Made by a program: the position numbers and the translations under genes
Notes under the pieces: generated by a model
What the model was told of the DNA's origin: nothing
Seen by the model: the letters and a program-made list of their open reading frames with translations, nothing else
The model's database searches: none
Shown: positions 1 through 8,760 of the stretch, one piece after another
How the letters are laid out: each line of letters opens with the position of its first letter
How positions within the stretch are numbered: position 1 is the stretch's first letter
Assembly: GCA_051117555.1 (NCBI GenBank)
Contig: JBNPEG010000137.1
Location: 1-30,640, forward strand
Reading direction: 5' to 3'
Source: Elainellaceae cyanobacterium
GTDB lineage: Bacteria; Cyanobacteriota; Cyanobacteriia; CAZCXK01
DNA length: 30,640 bases

Positions 1-133
1 CGTGCGGTTTCGCTGAGATTGACGACGTACTTATCAGGATGGGTCATAGCAAGATACTTCTTTACCTTCTACCCAATATTTTAGCCTGGATGCGCTACTA
101 CTTTAATCCACCAAATTAGCTGTGCCATGCCAG
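1..133 (-). mobile_element. Left end of an IS630-family-like element inserted at a TA in the Hsp20 gene; transposase N-terminus (ATG at 47, MTHPDKYVVNLSETAR) runs off the window
   Basis: Hsp20 similarity stops at GAAGTA (TA at 134-135). CTGGCATGGCACAGCTAAT follows, then an ORF start resembling IS630 HTH N-termini (KYxVxLS/T). Confidence 0.7.
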
Positions 134-310
134 TACTTCTGCTCGCAGAATCATTTCGTCCTCTGTTTCGTTAAGCTCAACAGCAGGTGCCCAAGGTGCC
201 ATTCTTCCCTGATCTACTTTTGCCATGCTGTTCATGTTGTCAAATAGTTCATCCATTTGACGACGTAAACTATTCATTTCGCGGAAAGGTTCCCATCGAA
301 TGAGAGCCAT
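116..310 (-). pseudogene. hspA: Small heat-shock protein (Hsp20/HspA), 5' part only, interrupted
   Basis: MALIRWEPFREM...WAPAVELNETEDEMILRAEV is a typical cyanobacterial HspA N-terminus. It stops after 64 aa, early in the alpha-crystallin domain. Confidence 0.85.
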
Positions 311-511
311 ACGAGTTCCTCTAATTTAGTCTGTGTGGGGTGCAAACGTAATGCAAATATTGAGTTACTGCACAACCAAATTCTCCTCATCCAGTAGTTG
401 GAAAGGAAAGTTCAAAACCATCTAGTCATGCTGACGCGACACTTTGATCGAGTCTTACACGCATTAATAGAGGTGGACTATTTTGATAGTAAACAGTAAC
501 CGTTCATACTG

Positions 512-571
512 TATTGAAGACTAAACTAAACTATTGAAGACTAAACTAAACTATTGAAGACTAAACTAAAC
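512..571. repeat. Three perfect tandem copies of 20-bp TATTGAAGACTAAACTAAAC
   Basis: Read directly at 512, 532 and 552. Confidence 0.95.
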
Positions 572-1048
572 TAACGTCTGTCTTCAGAAAGAGATCTAAA
601 TCTTCGATCAGCAGTGCCTTCAAAATCATCAATGACTGACATGATGATTCACAAATTTAACAAAATCTCATTCGAAGTCTGGATTATCAGACAGAACCAG
701 TGTAGTATGTTGAAGTTAGAATTAAACTTTTCCTCTCGCAACGGGTAATTTCCATGAAGCGGAATTGGACTCTCACAAATCTATTGCCAGCAGCAAGCCA
801 GATTGGCGTGCAAAGCGTTGCTGCGACAATCTTAGATTTGGGCAACGGGTCTGGCGCGCTATTTGGCATCGGGTTTACCTACATGGGCGATCGCAGGATT
901 GATCTATCTTTTCTAGTTGATGAAATTGGCGTAGCGCGTGTAGAGCGCCGTATCAGCGGAGTAGATCATCCGATCGGGCGAAGCGGGAGGTACAGGAGCA
1001 GCATTACCGTACCTTTAATGCATTAGAAGAATCTAACATCGATTTTTC

Positions 1049-1089
1049 TAACCCCCGCTTCTAGCCAACAGAAGCGGGGGTTGTTTTGC
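1049..1089 (+). terminator. GC-rich hairpin with T-rich tail (terminator or leader structure)
   Basis: AACCCCCGCTTCT-agccaac-AGAAGCGGGGGTT followed by GTTTTG. Confidence 0.65.
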
Positions 1090-1208
1090 TTTGAATTCTA
1101 CAAAGCTTTTCAATCGTTTAACACTAGTCGAGCACTCGCTTCTTCTTGGTTTGTAAGGGTTTTGAGCGTGAATCATCATCGACCTAAATTGAAGGGAGCC
1201 TTCGAAGT

Positions 1209-1598
1209 ATGTTGAAGTTCACCTATGCAGAAACAGGGTTGCATATCGAGCGCTCGGTTCGATCTGTCAGCGAATGGATTGATTTGAGAATATGCTTATC
1301 TCGGCAGGTCAGTCACCCGCTTCGACTTGAGCGGTGTGTGGCTTCGTTCCTGCTGCCTGCTGCTCTGATAGATTCTACCGTGCTGCATGATGTAGTACGG
1401 TCTGAGCAATATGGGGTTGTGGAATGGGCGATCGCAGATGCTGAATGTATCGAAATTACTCTAACCGGAATTTGGCTATCGTCTAGCTGCTCTGATATTG
1501 AGGGTGCATTTGTGATTGAACTGAGCGATCGCACCGAAGGCATCATCATCGGGCTCTGGCAAGAATCTCAGCTTCACATCTCAGCATTGCAAGGGTGA
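1209..1598 (+). CDS. Alr0857-family cyanobacterial protein
   Basis: MLKFTYxE start, ASFLLP and EITLTGIWL...EGAFV motifs; GGAG RBS upstream. Confidence 0.75.
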   Translation: MLKFTYAETGLHIERSVRSVSEWIDLRICLSRQVSHPLRLERCVASFLLPAALIDSTVLHDVVRSEQYGVVEWAIADAECIEITLTGIWLSSSCSDIEGAFVIELSDRTEGIIIGLWQESQLHISALQG

Positions 1599-1721
1599 GA
1601 TATCGCGGATTAAGCCGCCCCGTTCGCGTATTCTCCAGAAATTTTGCCCAGATGCAGGTTCGTCCGGAATGCACTCGGTAACAGATGAGGCTATTCCACA
1701 GCGGGAATTATGCCCCCTCTG

Positions 1722-1759
1722 TTGACGTTTGTAGTATTTGCGTAGTATAAATGTAGTAT
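1722..1759 (+). promoter_or_regulatory. Sigma70-type promoter overlapped by three GTAGTAT repeats
   Basis: TTGACG (1722-1727), 18-nt spacer, TATAAA (1746-1751); GTAGTAT at 1731, 1742 and 1753. Confidence 0.45.
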
Positions 1760-1948
1760 GTCAATGAGTTATTCATTGAGTGTGCATTGGAGATGTCGTG
1801 TGTATTACGGTTTGAACGGTGAGATTGAGTCGTGTGTCCAATGGTTTGCTATTTTTCAGGTCGTTGATGAGCTAAACGTGTCCCCCCGAACTGATGTTCG
1901 CCGCACCGGTAGCTCAGTCAATGTCGTTAGTTTTGGGGAGATTTTGAC

Positions 1949-2137
1949 ATGTTAGCGTTTGTCTTCACGCGAAATCGTCATTCCAAGTTATTGAGATTTC
2001 AATCCTTGAATTCGGTGTCTCAGCGTGATTCGTTTCATCACACACCCAACGAATACGCGTCGAGTTCGCAAAATGCGACAACATCCTATCGCGCAACCGA
2101 AGCACTGTACTGGTTGGAACGACGCCCGATTTGGTGA
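1949..2137 (+). CDS. Small hypothetical protein (62 aa)
   Basis: ATG with GGGGAG RBS 8 nt upstream, downstream of the putative promoter; no recognisable domain. Confidence 0.4.
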   Translation: MLAFVFTRNRHSKLLRFQSLNSVSQRDSFHHTPNEYASSSQNATTSYRATEALYWLERRPIW

Positions 2138-2223
2138 GTTAAGCCTATTAATCGGAATGAATAGACCGCTTCAATGCGATCGCACTGGCGATTGCATCCA
2201 TATCATTGAGGAATCTATTAGCT

Positions 2224-3183
2224 ATGTTGATGCTTGTAACACGCTCCTATGCGGGCGAAAAAGACTTAGAACCAATTGCCAATCTGCTCAATGCCTGTGA
2301 AATCGTTGATTGTTTGGATGAGTACCACACCGTAGCTGATCTCCAAATGGAGTTTAGTGCGCCTCATGTCAACCCCGATCGCGACCTACGGCTTTGGGAA
2401 AATTCGAATGGAGACCTGATTGCGTTTGGGCAACTCTGGATTCCGACTGAGGCGCATCCAGTGGACGGATATCTTTGGTTTCGGGTTCATCCTGACTCTC
2501 GAAATCAGGGACTAGAAGCTGATGTGATTGCCTGGGGTGAATCCCGGATGCGAGAAGTTGGGCGGGAGCGCAACGCGCCTGCTCAGCTTCGAGCTAGCTC
2601 TCGTGATAGTCAATCTGAACGCATTAAATTATTCAAAGCCCACGGGTTTCAAGTTGACCGGAGATTTCTGACCCTAGAGCGATCGCTCGCTATCCCCTTC
2701 CCTGACCCTCAGTTTCCACCCGGATTCATCTGCCGAGGCAATCAGGGGAAAGCCGAAGCTCACGAATGGGTTGAGATGTTTAACGAATCGTTCATCGATC
2801 ACTGGAATTACCATCCTGCTACCGTTGAGCGTCGCCTCCACTGGCTTGACCATCCTCAATATCGCGCTGACCTCGATCTGGTTGGCGTTGCACCCGATGG
2901 GACGCTCGCCGTATTTTGTTATTGCTGTATCGATACCGAAGAAAATCGGCATACCAACCGCAACGACGGTTGGATTGATCTCCTCGGAACTCGCCGTGGG
3001 TTTCGACGGATGGGGTTGGGTCGCGCCATCTTGTTGGCAGGGCTAGACTGTCTTCGCGCTGAAGGGATCACCACTGCCAAAATCGGCGTTGATACTCAAA
3101 ACCCCAATCAAGCTCAGCGGCTTTATGAATCGGTCGGGTTTCAGCATCTTCACGGCAGTCTGTCATTCGTGAAAGACCTTTGA
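2224..3183 (+). CDS. Tandem-domain GNAT N-acetyltransferase
   Basis: Two acetyl-CoA motifs (VHPDSRNQGL; LGTRRGFRRMGLG) and N..A..LYESVGF; ATG 2224 follows a GAGG RBS. Confidence 0.9.
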   Translation: MLMLVTRSYAGEKDLEPIANLLNACEIVDCLDEYHTVADLQMEFSAPHVNPDRDLRLWENSNGDLIAFGQLWIPTEAHPVDGYLWFRVHPDSRNQGLEADVIAWGESRMREVGRERNAPAQLRASSRDSQSERIKLFKAHGFQVDRRFLTLERSLAIPFPDPQFPPGFICRGNQGKAEAHEWVEMFNESFIDHWNYHPATVERRLHWLDHPQYRADLDLVGVAPDGTLAVFCYCCIDTEENRHTNRNDGWIDLLGTRRGFRRMGLGRAILLAGLDCLRAEGITTAKIGVDTQNPNQAQRLYESVGFQHLHGSLSFVKDL

Positions 3184-3204
3184 TTATTTCTGAGGACGCA
3201 AAAA

Positions 3205-3256
3205 CGGTAACAAACGGAGGGGCGATCGCGCGATCGCCCCTCCGTTTGTATTACCG
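3205..3256. terminator. Palindrome between the convergent GNAT and ndhJ genes (probable bidirectional terminator)
   Basis: 3210-3249 is a perfect 40-bp inverted repeat. Confidence 0.7.
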
Positions 3257-3281
3257 ATCTATTACCAGCCAAGGTCACGGA

Positions 3282-3818
3282 TTAATAGGCGTCTTGAATC
3301 TCGTAAAAGTAGGGTGAGACATAATCCTTCCGAAGAGGCCAGCCTTTCCAATCTTCCATCATCAAGATGCGCTTAAGATTGGGATGCCCTTCATAGACAA
3401 TGCCGTACATGTCATAGCTTTCGCGTTCTTGCCAATCTGCACCTTTCCAAATCCAATAAACCGAGGGCACCTTCGGATTATCTCGGGGCAGAAACACCTT
3501 CAGACGAACTTCGTCTGGGCGATCGGCATTGTCAGACACCTTAGTTAGATGATAGGTGCTAACCAAGTCTTGCCCAGGCCCTGAATCGTACGCAGCTTGA
3601 CACTGCAAGTAGTTAAAGCCATAGGCATAAAGCGCCGTCGCAAATGGAATCAGCACGTCAGGGTCAACTTTTACCATCTCAATGCCGCTATGATCACGCC
3701 CTAAAAACTCGTGCTCAAAGCCATTGTCTGATAGCCATCGAGACACCTGACCGGCCTCAACAATGTCGGTTGACTCTTCACCATTGGATTGAGATTCAGG
3801 CTTATCTGATTCAGCCAC
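3282..3818 (-). CDS. ndhJ: NAD(P)H-quinone oxidoreductase subunit J
   Basis: [26 protein letters not shown]...GWPLRKDY; ndhCKJ gene order. Confidence 0.97.
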   Translation of the reverse strand: MAESDKPESQSNGEESTDIVEAGQVSRWLSDNGFEHEFLGRDHSGIEMVKVDPDVLIPFATALYAYGFNYLQCQAAYDSGPGQDLVSTYHLTKVSDNADRPDEVRLKVFLPRDNPKVPSVYWIWKGADWQERESYDMYGIVYEGHPNLKRILMMEDWKGWPLRKDYVSPYFYEIQDAY

Positions 3819-4557
3819 GATCGCTCTCCTTCTCTTCTACTTGCTTTTGCCCCTCCAATGAAGCAGGAACAGGCATTCCCATAGATTCCATTAACTCTTT
3901 AGGCGGAGCCTGCCGTGACGCAGACTGCAAATATTCGCCCGTCAAGATACTAGGTACAACCTTCATCTTGTGGTCGCGAGTGTAATACCGATGAGTCTGC
4001 CCAAGCCCTTCCCTTTCTTGAAACGCCTCATTCGCAATCTTCTTACGAAGCTTGATAATGGCATCGATGATGGCTTCAGGGCGAGGAGGGCATCCAGGGA
4101 TATACACATCAACGGGAATCAGCTTATCTACGCCTCTGACTGCCGTCGGCGAATCCATGCTGAACATGCCGCCAGTAATCGTGCAGGCTCCCATTGCAAT
4201 TACATACTTCGGGTCAGGCATCTGTTCGTAGAGCCTTACCAATGCAGGGGCCATCTTCATTGTGATGGTTCCAGACGTGATAATCAGATCAGCCTGTCTC
4301 GGACTTGCCCGAGGAACTAGACCAAATCGGTCAAAATCAAACCGAGAACCAATCAAGGCAGCAAACTCAATAAAGCAGCATGCTGTGCCATATAGTAGGG
4401 GCCACAAGCTTGAGAGACGAGCCCAGTTGTGCAAATCATCGACCGTTGTCAGAATGACGTTTTCTGACAATTCTTGAGTCACCTGCGGTGGACCCGCAGG
4501 ATTAATAATCCGCTCAACTGCATCGTTGGAGCTTGCGGTGTCAGACTTCATGACCAT
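3811..4557 (-). CDS. ndhK: NAD(P)H-quinone oxidoreductase subunit K
   Basis: GTACCFIE and [10 protein letters not shown] motifs; probable start overlaps the ndhC 3' end. Confidence 0.97.
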   Translation of the reverse strand: MVMKSDTASSNDAVERIINPAGPPQVTQELSENVILTTVDDLHNWARLSSLWPLLYGTACCFIEFAALIGSRFDFDRFGLVPRASPRQADLIITSGTITMKMAPALVRLYEQMPDPKYVIAMGACTITGGMFSMDSPTAVRGVDKLIPVDVYIPGCPPRPEAIIDAIIKLRKKIANEAFQEREGLGQTHRYYTRDHKMKVVPSILTGEYLQSASRQAPPKELMESMGMPVPASLEGQKQVEEKESDRG

Positions 4558-4910
4558 TCCAGAGCTCCTTTCCTCCATGCATAAACAAGACCAATGACGA
4601 GAATCGCAATAAAGATTAAGACTTCGATAAACGCCAATAGTCCTAGCTGATTAAATGCGACGGCCCATGGATAGAGAAATACAACTTCAACGTCAAAGAT
4701 GACGAACACAAGCGCAAACATGTAGTAACGGATGTTGAATTGAATCCAAGCTCCGCCAATAGGCTCCATCCCAGACTCGTATGTCGTGCGACGTTCACTT
4801 CCTTTTCGCTTGGGGCGAACAAAATAGGACACACCCAATGCTAGAACGGGCACAAGACCGCAAACAATCAGAAATCCTAAAAGATATTCGTAACCGCTGA
4901 GGACAAACAC
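4548..4910 (-). CDS. ndhC: NAD(P)H-quinone oxidoreductase subunit 3
   Basis: [32 protein letters not shown]. Confidence 0.97.
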   Translation of the reverse strand: MFVLSGYEYLLGFLIVCGLVPVLALGVSYFVRPKRKGSERRTTYESGMEPIGGAWIQFNIRYYMFALVFVIFDVEVVFLYPWAVAFNQLGLLAFIEVLIFIAILVIGLVYAWRKGALEWS

Positions 4911-5215
4911 AGTACAGATCCGCCTTCGCGTGATTAACTCTGTAACAATGTTACCTTCTTTTTACATTATAAGAAGCGGCAAAGGGCTTTGCATGATAGG
5001 AAGAGATTATCAGATGTATTACTATAGCCATACGCTCTCGTATTAAGACGTTGAACGTGTGGTGAGCCCTTGCGCCGCGCGGTCTCACCACACAAACCTG
5101 AGCCCGTAGGAGTATATTGATTGGATAGTCGTTAACCGGTTACAACGCTTAATCTCAGCGACTGGTTGGCTCTATTGCCGTTAGGCAAATCTCATTTTTG
5201 TGTTGAAAGATACGG

Positions 5216-6544
5216 TTGGGTAATGTGACTTTGGGTGTTGATTCAACGACGGATGAGATTGATTTAATTCTGAATCAGTTTGCTCGTTTTGGGATTGAGC
5301 TTGGGCTAGAGCGAATTAGCAGGCTTTTAGCAGATTTAGATCATCCTCAGGATCGCGTTCCAGTTATTCATGTGGCGGGCAGTAATGGCAAAGGTTCGGT
5401 GTGTGCCTATGTCTCATCAGTATTGGCACACGCTGGATTTCGGGTCGGGCAGTATATTTCTCCTCATCTCGTGTCATGGTGTGAACGCGTGAGTATCAAT
5501 GGTCGAGCGATCGCCCCGGCTGATCTCAACGCGCTGTTATTGCAGGTAAAAACCGCGATTCGTCGGGATGCCCCGTCTCCCACTCAGTTTGAGGTGATTA
5601 CGGCGGCGGCGTGGCTCTATTTTGCTCAGCAACAGGTCGATGTCGCGGTCATGGAGGTTGGCTTGGGGGGGCGGCTCGATGCGACGAATGTGTGCGATCG
5701 CCCGTTGGTGAGCGTGATTACTTCTATTAGCCGTGAACATTGGCAGCGACTAGGCCCCACCCTAGGCGATATTGCGGGAGAAAAGGCGGGCATTTTGAAA
5801 CCCCACCGTCCAGCAGTCATTGGTGTCTTGCCAGATGAAGCGCAGGGGGTTATCCAAGCTCGAATCGCAGCTCTCGACTGCCCAGCCATTTGGGTTAAAC
5901 CCGCCCAGGAATTGGACAATGGTTGGGCGCGATATCCAGGAGCTTCGATGCCAACGTCTCCGTTTCCGGTGACGCCGATTGACTATCCGGTGGCGCTGCT
6001 CGGTGCGCACCAGCGTCTCAATTCAGCAGTGGCGATCGCCACGATCCAGATTCTTCAATATCAGGGCTGGCAGATTAGCTCGCACGCGATTGTTGAAGGA
6101 ATGGCAAAGACACGCTGGTTCGGGCGCTTGCAGTGGATGATGTGGAACAATCGGCGACTATTGGTGGATGGTGCCCATAATCCGGCGGCGGCAGCGACGC
6201 TCCGGCAGTTTGTAGATCGCACCCATGCCCATGCTCCTACTCACTGGGTGATGGGAATGCTGTCAACGAAAGACCATGCCGATATTTTTCGAGAACTGCT
6301 GCGACCGGGCGATCGCCTCTATCTAGTTCCTGTGCCTGATCACAGTTCTGCTGAGCCGAGCCAGCTTGCCGCGATCGCGCAAGAAGCCTGTCCACACCTT
6401 CACATTAGTCTCGGTGATGACGTCATCGAAGCGCTTAATCAGGTGTTCAGTGTCGCTCAGCAAGACGTTGAGCTGGTAGTGCTGTGTGGATCACTTTATC
6501 TCATAGGTCATTTCTTTGAGCGCGCCCAACGCAAAACCGAGTGA
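5216..6544 (+). CDS. folC: Folylpolyglutamate/dihydrofolate synthase (start uncertain)
   Basis: HVAGSNGKGS, EVGLGGRLDATN, DGAHN, CGSLYLIG. Confidence 0.95.
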   Translation: MGNVTLGVDSTTDEIDLILNQFARFGIELGLERISRLLADLDHPQDRVPVIHVAGSNGKGSVCAYVSSVLAHAGFRVGQYISPHLVSWCERVSINGRAIAPADLNALLLQVKTAIRRDAPSPTQFEVITAAAWLYFAQQQVDVAVMEVGLGGRLDATNVCDRPLVSVITSISREHWQRLGPTLGDIAGEKAGILKPHRPAVIGVLPDEAQGVIQARIAALDCPAIWVKPAQELDNGWARYPGASMPTSPFPVTPIDYPVALLGAHQRLNSAVAIATIQILQYQGWQISSHAIVEGMAKTRWFGRLQWMMWNNRRLLVDGAHNPAAAATLRQFVDRTHAHAPTHWVMGMLSTKDHADIFRELLRPGDRLYLVPVPDHSSAEPSQLAAIAQEACPHLHISLGDDVIEALNQVFSVAQQDVELVVLCGSLYLIGHFFERAQRKTE

Positions 6545-6560
6545 GCAGTCCCACTCGGTT
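6535..6560. terminator. Hairpin at the folC stop, between convergent genes
   Basis: AACCGAGTG...CACTCGGTT. Confidence 0.45.
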
Positions 6561-6638
6561 AGCTGGATGATGCAGTTCGTCAATCGTGTCTAGAGGGCGG
6601 ATGTGTAACCAATTTATGAGAGATTTAGTGGGGGCGAT

Positions 6639-7130
6639 CTAGTGGGGGCGATCGCCAGACAACTTGCGTCGATGGCGCCGCAGATTGGCGACAGATGGCG
6701 AGTGGCTTACTGGAAACCCGAGTGCCTTAATGACCTGAAATTTACGCTCTTCTTCTAGCTTCTTCAGGTCGGTGTAATCAATCCAATGAATGCAATCCAC
6801 CGGACATGTGTCAATTGCGACTTGGATCAAGTCTTCCGGATCTCCATCTTGCCGAAATACGCGCGAACGACCATGATCAGGCTCGATGTAAAACGTATTT
6901 CGAGCGACGTGGGCACAATGCTTGCACCCAATGCAGGTGACCTCGTCGACATAAACCCCTCTCTCACGAACGGAGCCGCCAAGCTCAGGCTCAAACCCAG
7001 TTCGCTCTGATGCGTCGCGCCAGTGACCGCCCAACTCAGGCTCTAGACCTGTTTGCTCGTTATCGGGCAAATTATCGGGCAAAAAATGGTCCTCTGGCTG
7101 ACCCATCGGTGAGCCAGAATGATTAATCAT
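6639..7130 (-). CDS. Bacterial-type ferredoxin (single Fe-S cluster, Fer4_13-like)
   Basis: YVDEVTCIGCKHC...AIDTCPVDCI; follows DUF2997 and ycf35. Confidence 0.9.
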   Translation of the reverse strand: MINHSGSPMGQPEDHFLPDNLPDNEQTGLEPELGGHWRDASERTGFEPELGGSVRERGVYVDEVTCIGCKHCAHVARNTFYIEPDHGRSRVFRQDGDPEDLIQVAIDTCPVDCIHWIDYTDLKKLEEERKFQVIKALGFPVSHSPSVANLRRHRRKLSGDRPH

Positions 7131-7516
7131 TATGCACTCCAACGCTGCAACACTAACCGAATCGAACCGTCATCATTTTTCTGTTGCTCAGAAACAGAAA
7201 ACCCCTGGTGCGTCGATTCGTTAAGGACGGTGTGGTAAGCATAGCCTTGAGTCACTTGGTTGATAAATCCTTCAACTGACAACGGCTGCTTCCAAAACTG
7301 CAAATCTGCAATTAGCTCGTACTCCTGACCGTTCCAGCTAAAGCCGATATCGTATCCATTCTCTTGCTCGATGGCGATATCAGCCATGTGAGTTTGATTT
7401 TGATAGCCTTTAACCGGAGTAGGACCAGGCTTCCAAACGATTCCAGAGTCAGTCAGAGCAGACTTAAGAGAATTGAGATTGCGGATTTGGGTTTTAATCT
7501 GGCTAAAGTGGGACAT
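7130..7516 (-). CDS. ycf35: DUF1257/Ycf35 family protein
   Basis: MSHFSQIKTQI...DIGFSWNGQEYELIADLQFW...DGSIRLVLQRW. Confidence 0.88.
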   Translation of the reverse strand: MSHFSQIKTQIRNLNSLKSALTDSGIVWKPGPTPVKGYQNQTHMADIAIEQENGYDIGFSWNGQEYELIADLQFWKQPLSVEGFINQVTQGYAYHTVLNESTHQGFSVSEQQKNDDGSIRLVLQRWSA

Positions 7517-7583
7517 AACTCTATTGCTACATGTGATGAACTAACCTGAACGTTGATTGAGGATGGTAAGTCAGTCTATACGA

Positions 7584-7790
7584 CTACCATTCGCTGTAAG
7601 CGGTCTGAGTTGTTGATGTAGACTGGCTAACAGGTTGGGCAAAATGCTCGGAGGTCGGCTCTTGGTTAAGTACATGACCTAACTGAGCCTCAATTGCAGC
7701 CGTCACTTCAGCGCAGGATGACCCCTTAATTCCTGTAACCTTTTCTTCAACTCGACCATCTGAATGGATGACGAACTCCAGCGTTTCCAT
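7584..7790 (-). CDS. DUF2997 family protein
   Basis: METLEFVIHSDGRVEEKVTGIKGSSC...TSEHF; usual partner of ycf35. Confidence 0.85.
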   Translation of the reverse strand: METLEFVIHSDGRVEEKVTGIKGSSCAEVTAAIEAQLGHVLNQEPTSEHFAQPVSQSTSTTQTAYSEW

Positions 7791-8258
7791 GCTTCCCTTA
7801 CGTCTCTTCGTAAAATTTCTAAAAGATTTCTAGGATAAAGTCTGCGCGTAGGCACTAACCCTAGGGTGACGATCATCATCAAGCAAAGCAAATTTTAAAC
7901 TAATCATATTCAATCAAATGCGAATAAATGAATCACTCCGACTGAAAACTTAAGAAAAGTTTGCTAAGACTTGATATCATAACTTCGTTATTGTTTAGTT
8001 TCGCTTAACTGTTAAAACCAGTCAAGCTGAGTTTATGACTTCATCCTGTGTCTCTTCCCTAGGGAAGAGATGATGTCTAAACATTCAGAAAAGTAAAGTT
8101 TTTGTAAGATTAATGGCCAGAAACCAAGATATGCAGCGGGATTCTGTCCTCTCAAGGGCGATCGCTTTTCTTAAGAAAAATTACCGGTCTAGAGGTAAGC
8201 CAGATTCAACCCATCGCCCCCATAATGCTGATTAGGTTGTTTCGCGTATTCTCACCCA

Positions 8259-8711
8259 ATGTCTCATTCCAAGCATTTTCAGATTAGATTGACTGCTCTG
8301 GCAGGTCTTGTTGGTATAGGGGCGATCGCTGCGTTTGGAGAGAACGTAGTTCGGGCTGCTGATCCAGATGATATTCGGCAACTGAATCAGACGCGAGAAT
8401 GTGCAGAGTGCGACCTGACCGATGCATTTTTGAGCGATGCAGATTTAAGAAATGTAATATTGGAGTCCGCTGATTTGGCAAATGCCAACCTGAACGGCGC
8501 AAATCTAACCGGAGCAAATTTGCTCAATGCCAATCTCAGCGGAGTCAGTCTCATTGGTGCGACGCTTTTTGGAGCCGATTTGCGATCCGCGAATCTGAAT
8601 GGGGCTAACTTGCGGTTTGCCAATTTAAACGACGCGCTGCTGCAAGACGCGGTGCTATGCGACACAACGCTGCCCGATGGCGCGATTGAGAATCGCGATT
8701 GCTCAGAGTGA
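8259..8711 (+). CDS. Exported/lumenal pentapeptide-repeat protein
   Basis: Signal peptide, CxxCDL cap, A(N/D)Lxx repeats. Confidence 0.92.
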   Translation: MSHSKHFQIRLTALAGLVGIGAIAAFGENVVRAADPDDIRQLNQTRECAECDLTDAFLSDADLRNVILESADLANANLNGANLTGANLLNANLSGVSLIGATLFGADLRSANLNGANLRFANLNDALLQDAVLCDTTLPDGAIENRDCSE

Positions 8712-8760
8712 TGCAATTGCAAATTTCTATAGTAATGAGTCTTCCGAAATCATCCCAAAA

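Noticed and set aside
704..717. AGTATGTTGAAGTT repeated at 1206-1219 as an att site or target duplication
   Set aside because: Only 14 bp, and the enclosed DNA has no mobile-element features.
754..1026. 90-aa ORF
   Set aside because: No RBS or recognisable motif.
1650..1680. GGTTCG as a tRNA T-loop
   Set aside because: No cloverleaf, D-arm or acceptor stem can be built.
4942..4954. GTAACAATGTTAC as an NtcA site upstream of ndhC
   Set aside because: Spacing is GTA-N7-TAC, not N8.
6626..6653. 14-bp tandem duplication at the ferredoxin stop
   Set aside because: Real, but likely trivial slippage beside a HIP1 site with no coding effect.
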